From positions 1,600,001-1,664,000 of the forward strand of contig OZ242195.1 of assembly GCA_965205975.1 (NCBI GenBank): a DNA stretch of 64,000 nucleotides. The letters are read 5' to 3'. A program made the translations under genes and the position numbers. The DNA comes from Candidatus Latescibacterota bacterium. GTDB taxonomy: Bacteria > Latescibacterota > UBA2968. The notes below the pieces were generated by a model that searched no databases, had not been told where the DNA came from, and was given only the letters and a program-made list of their open reading frames with translations. This document shows, piece after piece, positions 9,899 to 18,800 of the stretch (its first letter is position 1; every line of letters starts with the position of its first letter).

Positions 9899-12800
9899 CT
9901 CGGGGGTGGGTTGTTGACAGGCGGCTCGTCGTCCTCCGGCCCCACGACCGTCGCCGAGACCGCCGCCGATAGCGGGCGATTATCGCCGGTGCAGACAGCC
10001 CCTGTGGCCGTGCAGTCGGTCGTCGCCACCAGCGTGATCGTTACGTCCTCGTCGCCGTCGGGCACGACCGTCACATTCCACGCCTGATTCTTCCCCGTTT
10101 CTTGGCGTCCTACCCCGGTGAGTTCTCCGTTGGTCACCTCCAGCGCGTGGTCTTGCAGCGTCGTGTAGCTCAGGCTGAACTCCTCGGAGAAGCGCAACGC
10201 AAAAGTGAACGCCGACTCGTCGTGGGAAGCCGGCATATTCTCGAAGCGGGCCGTCAGCGGTACGGCCGGCTGGTTGTCAGGCGGAGACTCGGCGACGGTG
10301 ATGGTGGCTTGGCCGCTCCAGCCCCCTGCAGTGCCGTTGTATGAAGCGCGCATCTTCACCTTGTATTCTTCTCCCGCCTCCAGACCCGTAATTGTGTAGG
10401 AAGGTTCGGTGGGGTAGGCGTTGCCGGACGGGTCGGTCCAGGTGAGGAAGTTTTCGCCGACCTTAGCCCATGCGATGCGGTAGTTGGCCGGCGTCTCCGT
10501 TGGCTCCTCCCAGGCGGCCTGGATGGTTCCAGGGGTGTCTGCTGTCAGGGTAATCGTTCCGATGTCGCGGGAACCGCGCGGTTCTTCTGGCTCCAGCACG
10601 ACGGTATTGCTCTCGGGTGGGTCCTCCTCCTCCGGTTCCGCCGTAGGCTCCGTGCCCCCATGGGACAGATCCGCCACAAGCCCGCTCGCTCGCGAAGCGA
10701 TTGTCCCACCGCTCGCCCCCAAGCTGTTCGCAGTGATCCCGATCTGGGTGTGCCTTGCCTGTTCGTCGGCCACCTCATGGACGAACACCAGCGTGGCGCT
10801 CCCAGAACCGGACGCAAGACCCAGTATGGCCGGCCCGCCGGCGATCGTGATCCCAAGGGTCGCAGCGCCCCCCTTAAACGACACCGCCTCGTTGAAGGCG
10901 ACGCGCACCTCGATGGTCTCGCCATGCGTCCAGATGCCGTCGCCCGACGCGTCTGCGACCAGTTCCACACCGGTCACGTACGGCACTGTCGCGAAATCGA
11001 GTTCCGCCTCTTGGTCGTTGTTGTCGCCGAGCACGGTGCCGTTCAACGACAGCCCATTGGCTGCCACCCGCGCCTTCCGCGCTCCAGCATCCGCGGCCGT
11101 CACCGCGTAGCTAAACCGCAAGAGGGCGCTGCCCGAACCTCCTGTGTAATCGGCTTCCCTCCGGGTTCCGTCGAGCAGAATCCCAAGCATCGGGCCGACG
11201 CCCACCGGTCCGGTGACCGCCACCGGACCGCTGAACCGCACCTCGGCCACGACCGTCTCACCGGTGTCCCAGACCCCGTTGCTGCCCGGATCAGAGGTCA
11301 CTGACACCTCCGTCACGTACGGCACGGGCTTCGGCCCCAGCACCGTCGCGGACACGGCCTCGGCAAGGCCGCGGTCGTCCTCGGTGCAGAGCGCACCGGT
11401 CTCGGTGCAGCTTTCCTTGGGCTGAAGCGCGATCGTCACCTCGGCCTGGGACGACGGCTCCACCGTGATCGTCCAGGTCTGGCTCTTGCCTTCCTCGACC
11501 TGCTCGGCTCCCGTCACCTGACCGTTCGTTACATCCAACGCCGAGTCGCGCAGGACGGCCGCGTCCACCGGAAACTCCTCGCTGAACGCCAACCGGAAGG
11601 TGAACGCCGTTTCCGCGTGGTGGGTGGGCACAGACTCGAAGGTGGCCGTGACCGGCTCGCCGGGTACCCGTTGGGCTTCGGGGACGCGGGTGGTAATCGT
11701 GGTCGAAGCCGCGAGGTTGCCCGAGGGGTCTTGCAGCGGGTTGGTCAGCAGTATCGTGTAGCGCACCGTCACTGGCTGCCCGGCTGCCACCGCTGAGGCA
11801 AACGTCAGCGTCACGGTCGATCCGCTTACTACAACCGGATCGGTCTCGGCTAGGCTTTGCGCTTGGTCTGCCACCGTCACCGCAAACGCCGCCGCCACGG
11901 GTGTCGAGGTCTCGTCGAGCGCCTCACTGTAGGTCAGCACCACCGAGTCCGTACTCGCCGTAGCTTCCTCGAGCTCGGGTGCGGTGGTGTCTCCTTCCGG
12001 GGTGTGGTTGGTCACGGCCTGATCATTCAGGGCCGCCGCCGCGTTGCCCGCCCGGTCCTGAATCGGGTTCTCTGTCGGCACGCTGTAGCGCACCGTCACC
12101 GTGTCGCCGTGGGCGACCGCGGATGTGAGCGTCAGCCTGACCCGCCGCCCGTCCACGGCCACCGGATTGCTCGCCGCTAGGCTCCGCGGCTGGCCTCCCA
12201 CCGTCACCGTAAACGCTTCCACCGCAGGCGTGGAGGTCTCATCGAGCCCCTCGCGATACAATAACAAGAGGTGCGCGCCATCTACCTCCGCACGCAACAA
12301 CTCCGGCGCGGTCTCATCTACTGCGTTCGGATCCCTCGGCATGATATCCCACAGCACCCGGTTCGTCAGCGGCCGTCCATCCTCGGTGCAGATCGCCCCC
12401 TCGGCGGTGCAGTCGGTGGTCGGCAGTAACTCGACCCGTATCGTCTCGTTGTACAGCGGCTTGATCCGGAATACCCAGATCTTTGGCTGATTGCGTTTGG
12501 GGAACGCGTTCGTGGCCTCGCCGTTGGTAACCCGAACCGCCTGCTGGTACATAGCCTCGCGCGAGGTCGCCACCGGCCAGCTGAACTCGGCGTTGAGCGT
12601 GAACACCTTCGTGCCGTCGTGCCTGCCGACGTACGTCTGCCAATGCGCCGTCAGCGGAATGTTCGCCGGTCCGGTCACGCGGACCTCCGCACCGGATGAC
12701 AGCTTGCGCCCGTCCGGCGCGCACACCGCGTCCGCGTCGCCACAGGAGGCGGCGAGTGGGGCGAGCACCAGAACCACATCCTCGATCGATGTCGGCGCGA

Positions 12801-15135
12801 TGGTGAGCAGCCACCGGTCGCGGCGTCCGAGCTCGTGCTCGGCCGACCGTATCCGCCCCCAGGTTACGCTCAGCACTTTGGTGCGCATTGCCGTTTCGGT
12901 CACGTTGACTGGACCAGTGAAGTTGAGCCTCACCGTAAAGTCTTCCGATCCGTCATGCTCTTTCGGTGCCTCGGCGAATGCCGCTGTCAGCGGCGGCACA
13001 GTTCTCTCGGCAATCGTCGCCGTCACGGCTTCCATCATGGAACGGCCATCTTCCGTACACACCGCATCCTCGGCCTCGCAGTCCGTTGTCGCCGGCAGTT
13101 GGACTGTCACATCGCCGCCCGACGGCTCGATCGTGATCTCCCACTGCTTGTCCCCGTCGTTGCCGTGTCGGCGCGCCCGTGTCACCCGCCCGTTCGTCAC
13201 CCTCAGCAGGCGGTCGCGCATCGCAGTCCACGAGACGCTGACCGCTTCGCTGAAGCGCACGCGCAGCACGAATGGCGCACCATCATGCGTGTTCGGCACG
13301 CTTTCGAAACTCGCGGTCAGCAAGGGCCTCAGGAGGGTTTCAATCGTCGCCGAGGCGGCCGGATTGCCCGCGATGTCTCGTAGCGGATTCGAGGACGGCA
13401 CCGTATAGCTTGCGGTGACGGAATTGCCCCACGCCAGCGCCGAGCCGGTCAGCGTCAGCCATACTATGTTGCGCTCCAGCCGCACGCTCTCGATGCCGCG
13501 CGAAATCTCATTCACGGTCACCGCGAAGGCCCCCGGGGCAGGCGTAGAAGACGCGTCCAATATCTCGTCGAACACCAGCAACAGCGCGTTTCCGTCCTTA
13601 CTCGCCGACTTGAGTTCGGGACCGCCCTCCTCGTCGACGTCCGCGAGGGTGACGGTCAGGGTATCACCCACCGTGTTCGCACCGTCGCCCACCTGCACCA
13701 CCACTTCGTAGCTTCCGTCGCGATCGGTGTCGTCTGGTGTCTCGAAGTCCTTGGCAGTCCTGAAGGCGAGTGCGCTACCCTCGGTGAAGGTGAGGTGATC
13801 TGCATCCACACCGCCCTCGATGGACCAGACTAGGTCCTGGACCGGCGTGTCCCCGTCGGTCGCCGTCAAGGCGGCCACCGCGGTTTCCCCCTCGTACACC
13901 GTGAACGGACCGGTGCTGGTGATTATCGGTGGCTCAGTCACGAGAAGTGGCTCACTGTACACGGTCTGCTGGGTGTCGTCGGTGTAGATGGCGCGTACCT
14001 TGAGCGACTTGCCTTGGTCGGACGGCCTGATGGTGTATTCGGTCCCGGTGGCTCCGGCAATCTCCGCAAAGGAATCGCCGTCGCCGTCGCTGACCAGCCA
14101 TTGCCACTGGAACGTCGGAATGGTTAATCCGTCCTGGTCATGGATGCCGGTGGCGGATGCGATCAGCGTACGACCCACATTCGCACTGCCCGTCACGGTG
14201 ATCGAGGGAGCATCCACCAACTGGTATACCCGGACCCAGTCCACCAGGGCCTCGTTGGGGAACGTACCGGTATGTGCGTTGCCCGCGAACCAACTCACCC
14301 CGGTGGACAGAATGACGTATCCGTCACTGTGGGATACGGCATCGAACATCTGCTCCTTCCGTTGTCCGTCTGCGTAGAAGGTGTAGCTGTCCGGTGTCCA
14401 CGCGAGCCCGTAGACGTGGAACTGTCCGCCGTGTATCGGAGGGAACTCGGCCTCCTCGACGAGACTGCGGCCGCCGTCCCAATGAACGGCCATGGCATAG
14501 CGGTCGGTAGTGTACACCGACTCGAGGATGTCGATTTCGGCTCCGTCGGAGGGCCCGTCGACACCGCCGTTACTGGCCTTTTTGTTCCGGTTGTCGTTCT
14601 GCAGCCAGAAGGCCGTGTGGACGCCGTCCCCGGTGGGGGCGATCCTGATGCTGGCCTCGAAGTAGCCGTAGGTCTGCTCGAACTTGCCCTTGGTGTCGAT
14701 CGCGGCGGCCTTGACCAGGTCGTATTCATCACCCAACTGCCGGGTATTGCGCAGTACCAGGTGGCTGTTCGCGATACTGACGTTGTCGTGCTCGTATCGC
14801 CACTTGATCCGGTGACCGTTGTGCGAGCGGTCACCTCGAAACGCCTCACTCCGGTGATTCCATTTAGACTCATCGAGCGCGGTGCCGTCGAAGTCCTCAC
14901 TCCACGCAAGGACCCAGCGCTTGCCGTAAGGGGGAGGGGGAAGCTGTGCGTCGGCAGCCCGCGGCTGGAGGAACAGGGACAGCGGTATCACCCACGCAAC
15001 AAGGACCCAGGCACGGGTCCTAGGATGCGAGAATCGCGAGACGTTCCAACGAGATAGCATATTGTCTGTCATTCCCTGAACGGTGAACGGTCTATTTGTT
15101 CGCCGGATGGCCAGCGATCTACTCACATACCCCAT
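9268..15135 (-). CDS. Giant secreted protein: GH16 glycoside hydrolase, cadherin-like, SwmB-like, 5 Cx6C repeats, 2 FN3, FlgD-Ig/T9SS-type CTD
   Basis: RBS AGGAG before ATG 15135; GH16 motifs WSEDFDG, YGYFEA, AFWL, catalytic EIDILE, FHVYGLAWTP, DWVRVYQ; cadherin-like DFETPDDTDRDGSYEVVVQV; C-terminus LEANYPNPFNPET...ASGIYLYRL...RRLLLLK. Confidence 0.88.
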   Translation of the reverse strand: MGYVSRSLAIRRTNRPFTVQGMTDNMLSRWNVSRFSHPRTRAWVLVAWVIPLSLFLQPRAADAQLPPPPYGKRWVLAWSEDFDGTALDESKWNHRSEAFRGDRSHNGHRIKWRYEHDNVSIANSHLVLRNTRQLGDEYDLVKAAAIDTKGKFEQTYGYFEASIRIAPTGDGVHTAFWLQNDNRNKKASNGGVDGPSDGAEIDILESVYTTDRYAMAVHWDGGRSLVEEAEFPPIHGGQFHVYGLAWTPDSYTFYADGQRKEQMFDAVSHSDGYVILSTGVSWFAGNAHTGTFPNEALVDWVRVYQLVDAPSITVTGSANVGRTLIASATGIHDQDGLTIPTFQWQWLVSDGDGDSFAEIAGATGTEYTIRPSDQGKSLKVRAIYTDDTQQTVYSEPLLVTEPPIITSTGPFTVYEGETAVAALTATDGDTPVQDLVWSIEGGVDADHLTFTEGSALAFRTAKDFETPDDTDRDGSYEVVVQVGDGANTVGDTLTVTLADVDEEGGPELKSASKDGNALLLVFDEILDASSTPAPGAFAVTVNEISRGIESVRLERNIVWLTLTGSALAWGNSVTASYTVPSSNPLRDIAGNPAASATIETLLRPLLTASFESVPNTHDGAPFVLRVRFSEAVSVSWTAMRDRLLRVTNGRVTRARRHGNDGDKQWEITIEPSGGDVTVQLPATTDCEAEDAVCTEDGRSMMEAVTATIAERTVPPLTAAFAEAPKEHDGSEDFTVRLNFTGPVNVTETAMRTKVLSVTWGRIRSAEHELGRRDRWLLTIAPTSIEDVVLVLAPLAASCGDADAVCAPDGRKLSSGAEVRVTGPANIPLTAHWQTYVGRHDGTKVFTLNAEFSWPVATSREAMYQQAVRVTNGEATNAFPKRNQPKIWVFRIKPLYNETIRVELLPTTDCTAEGAICTEDGRPLTNRVLWDIMPRDPNAVDETAPELLRAEVDGAHLLLLYREGLDETSTPAVEAFTVTVGGQPRSLAASNPVAVDGRRVRLTLTSAVAHGDTVTVRYSVPTENPIQDRAGNAAAALNDQAVTNHTPEGDTTAPELEEATASTDSVVLTYSEALDETSTPVAAAFAVTVADQAQSLAETDPVVVSGSTVTLTFASAVAAGQPVTVRYTILLTNPLQDPSGNLAASTTITTRVPEAQRVPGEPVTATFESVPTHHAETAFTFRLAFSEEFPVDAAVLRDSALDVTNGQVTGAEQVEEGKSQTWTITVEPSSQAEVTIALQPKESCTETGALCTEDDRGLAEAVSATVLGPKPVPYVTEVSVTSDPGSNGVWDTGETVVAEVRFSGPVAVTGPVGVGPMLGILLDGTRREADYTGGSGSALLRFSYAVTAADAGARKARVAANGLSLNGTVLGDNNDQEAELDFATVPYVTGVELVADASGDGIWTHGETIEVRVAFNEAVSFKGGAATLGITIAGGPAILGLASGSGSATLVFVHEVADEQARHTQIGITANSLGASGGTIASRASGLVADLSHGGTEPTAEPEEEDPPESNTVVLEPEEPRGSRDIGTITLTADTPGTIQAAWEEPTETPANYRIAWAKVGENFLTWTDPSGNAYPTEPSYTITGLEAGEEYKVKMRASYNGTAGGWSGQATITVAESPPDNQPAVPLTARFENMPASHDESAFTFALRFSEEFSLSYTTLQDHALEVTNGELTGVGRQETGKNQAWNVTVVPDGDEDVTITLVATTDCTATGAVCTGDNRPLSAAVSATVVGPEDDEPPVNNPPPSNTVVLEPEEPRGARDIGTITLTAATPATIQASWEAPSESPADYRIMWAKVDESFKTWTDNTGNAYPTEPSYAITGLEAGEEYKVKIRARYNGTAGDWSGQATITVVESQSSKPIVPSLTFGLEANYPNPFNPETHIAYRLSTSGAVELAIYNILGQRIRTLVQEVQSAGRYRVVWNGRNDNGAPVASGIYLYRLSSAQEVQVRRLLLLK

Positions 15136-15180
15136 TGTCGTTTATCTCCTTTCCCAATGATTAGACAGGCTCCAGCGTAG

Positions 15181-15820
15181 ATAGACGCGCTATTTCAGCA
15201 GCAAAAGACGGCGTACCTGCACCTCCTGTGCACTGGACAACCGATACAGATAGATCCCACTGGCAACGGGCGCACCATTATCGTTGCGCCCATTCCAGAC
15301 CACCCGATAGCGACCAGCCGACTGGACCTCCTGCACCAGAGTCCGTATCCGCTGTCCCAGAATATTGTAAATCGCCAACTCTACAGCACCCGACGTGGAT
15401 AGGCGATAGGCGATATGCGTCTCGGGATTAAACGGATTCGGATAATTCGCCTCCAGCCCGAAGGTCAGACTCGGCACTATGGGCTTAGACGACTGTGACT
15501 CGACGACTGTGATCGTAGCCTGACCGCTCCAGTCGCCAGCAGTGCCGTTGTATCGGGCGCGTATCTTCACCTTGTATTCCTCACCCGCCTCCAGACCCGT
15601 AATCGCGTAGGAAGGTTCGGTGGGATAGGCGTTGCCAGTGTTGTCGGTCCAGGTCTTGTAACCCTCGTCCTGCTTTGCCCATGTTATGCGGTAGTTGGCC
15701 GGAGCCTCCGTTGGCGCCTCCCAGGATGCCTGGATCGTTGCTGGGGTCGCTGCCGTCAGGGTAATCGTTCCGATGTCGCGGGAACCGCGCGGTTCTTCCG
15801 GCTCCAGCACAACGGTATTC
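15181..15820. repeat. Direct repeat copy B: FN3 + CTD 3' end
   Basis: Near-identical to 9259-9898 (see that entry). Confidence 0.9.
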
Positions 15821-18800
15821 TCCTGAGGTGGATCGTTGGCGGGTGATTCTGCGACCGTGATGGTGGCCTGACCGCTCCAGTCGCCAGCGGTGCCGCTATA
15901 TGAGGCGCGTATCTTCACCTTGTATTCTTCTCCCGCCTCCAGACCCGTAATCGCGTAGGAAGGTTCGGTGGGATAGGCGTTGCCGGTGTTGTCGGTCCAG
16001 GTCTTGAAACCCTCGCCCTGCTTTGCCCATGCTATGCGATAGTTGGCCGGTGCTTCACTGGGTGCCTCCCAACTGGCCTGGATGGTTCCCGGCTGAGAAC
16101 TGACCAGAGTGATCCTTCCTATGTCGCGAGTGCCACGCTGCTCGGGTGGCTCCAGCACAACGGTATTCTCCTGAGGTGGATCCGCAGGAATGTTCTGGAC
16201 TGTGACGATAACCGTGTCAGAGTCTGTGGCGCCGTGCTCGTCGGTGGCAGTAAGCGTAAAGGTGATGGTGGCATCAGAGTCCACCTGGGGCGCAGTAAAT
16301 GTAGCAGAGAGAGCTGCTGGGTCATCCAGCGAGAGGTCCAGATCATCCTGGTCGTGGGTCCACTGGTAGGTCAGATTATCGTTGTCAGGGTCAGAGGCTG
16401 TTCCGGACAGCGTCACCTCAGAGCCTTCCTGAACGGTCTGGTCAGATCCGGCGTCGGCAGTCGGCGCTTCGTTGGATGGAGACCCTGTGACCGTGATGGT
16501 GGCCTCGCCGCTCCAGCCTCCGGAGGTGCCGCTATATGAGGCGCGTATCTTCACCTTGTATTCTTCTCCCGCCTCCAGACCCGTGATGGTGTAGGAAGGT
16601 TCGGTGGGATAGGCGTTGCCGGTGTTGTCGGTCCAGGTCTTGTAACCCTCGCCCTGCTTTGCCCATGTTATGCGGTAGTTGGCCGGAGCCTCCGTTGGTG
16701 CTTCCCAGGAGGCCTGGATGGTTCCGGGCGTGTCTGCCGTCAGGGTAATGGTTCCGATGTCGCGGGCACCGCGCGGTTCTTCCGGCTCCAGCACAACGGT
16801 ATTGCTCGGGGGTGGGTCGCTGTCATCCTCCGGTTCCGCCGTAGGCTCCGTGCCCTCGTGGGACAGGTCCGCCACGATGCCGGTCGCTCGCGACACGATT
16901 TTCCCACCGGTCGATCCGAGGCTGTTCTCCGTGATCGCGATCCGGATGTGCCTTGCCTCTTCGTCCGCCACCTCCTGTCCAAATACCAGCGTTGCAGTTC
17001 CGGAACCGGACGCAAGGGCGAGTACCGCCGGCCCGCCGGAGATCGTTACCCAAAGAGTCAGGCTGCCCTTCACGGACACCGGCTCGCTGAAGGTGACGCG
17101 CGCCTCGATGCTCTCTCCGTGTGTCCAGGCGCGGTCGCCCGACTCGTCCGCGACCAGTTCCACGGCGGTCACGTAGGGCGCGACCGGCGGTGTTCCCAGC
17201 ACCGTTCCCAAAAGTGCTGCAGACCACTCCCCATCGCCTTCCGAGCTCGTCGCCCTTACCCGCACCTCATATTTAGCTCCCTCCACCAGCCCCGATATTT
17301 TCGCGCGGGTCTCCGCCACATCCTGCGGTCCGTCTCTGAACGGGTCGCCGGCCGGCCACCCCACCAGGCGGTAGCCCAGGTCGTAGTGCAGAATGTCCGG
17401 TTTGCCCGAGTTTGCCGGGGCGAGCCACGACACCGTCAAACTCTCGCGGTCCCGCGACTCCAGCGTCGGCGCGGCCAGGCTGTCGGGTGGTTCGTCCTGA
17501 TTCGAGACCGTGATCGTCAGTCCGTGCTCGGCGCTATCCTCACCGTCCCGCACAATGATCGAAAGCGCGTGCTCGCTGGCCTTCTCGAAGTCCAGCACCG
17601 CCTTCGTCCTCAGCTGCGCAGTCGTCGAATCAATCGCGAAATCGTCCTTGCCGGGCCCGTCCAGAGAATAGGTCAACGCAGCGTTCGGATCCGTGCGGGA
17701 CGCGGTGAAGGGTTCGCCGATCTTCGTGTCCGTTGGCGTATTCTCGGCGACTGACAGCGTCACCGGCAGACCTGCGTCGAATACGAGCGGACGTTCAACG
17801 CGTGCGCCCAGGATCTTCATCTTCATTACATAGTCTCTGGTGCTCCATTCAATCCAGCCGGTTTGCTTCCAATGACTGTCGTCTGCAATCCGCCAGGCGT
17901 CCGTTCCGGATTCGGCGCCACTGTTGGTCGCCTCGATCTTGAACCATCGCTCAGTGCCTGAAGTGTGCAATGCGAACTGGATCACATAGTCGGTATTGGG
18001 CTGAAGAATCCTGCTCTCCTCCGACGTACCATCGACAGGTACGAACGTCACCGGGCCGCCGTCGCCGAGGAACTTGCCGTACGTCGTTGGATTCTCGAAA
18101 TCCAGGATCTTCTCCCCGAGTGGGTCGCTTGCGTCACCGAACAAATGGAGCGATGCCTCCAGATTATCCCCGTCGATCTCTTCGTAGAAGCCAAAGTTCA
18201 ACACGACCGATGTCAGTTCGTAGCCATCCCTTGAATCGCCGGTGGTAAAGACCTGTGCCCCCCGCTGATTGAGGCTAGTGCCGTCTGCCTTGCCGATTTT
18301 GGGTCGCCAGTCCAGCGGTCGATCCAGGTTGCTGACCAAAACATCGCCCTGCGGGACGCCGACGGGCGGTGTCGTCGAGTCATCGTCCGCGATGGTGCCG
18401 GTTGCCGTGGTGTCCGACAGATACGCCCGCCCGCCCGACGCATTGCTCAGCGTCAGCGTGAACGTCTCGGCGCCTTCCTCGACTTCATCTGACAGCAACG
18501 GCACCGAGACCGTCTTGCCGGTCTCGCCCGTCGCGAACGTCAGCGTTCCCGACGTGGCCGTGTAATCCGCTCCGGCGGTCGCCGTCCCATCGGAGGTTGC
18601 GTAGTCCACCGTCACGGTTTCAGCCACCGTGCGGTTCAGCGTCACCGCGAAGTCCACGGTCGTGTTCGCACCCTCCACCTCGCTCGCATCGACCACCGAC
18701 AGCCAGGGCGCCGGACCCGGAACCGTCGCCGCCACCGGCACCGAGAGCGGCCGCCCATTGTCGGTGCAGATCGCGTTGGCCGCCGAGCAGTCCGTCGTCG

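Noticed and set aside
3798..15820. Repeated CTD/FN3 sequences as template and variable repeats of a diversity-generating retroelement
   Set aside because: No reverse transcriptase in the window. The orphan copy shows no differences, and differences among FN3 copies are not restricted to adenines.
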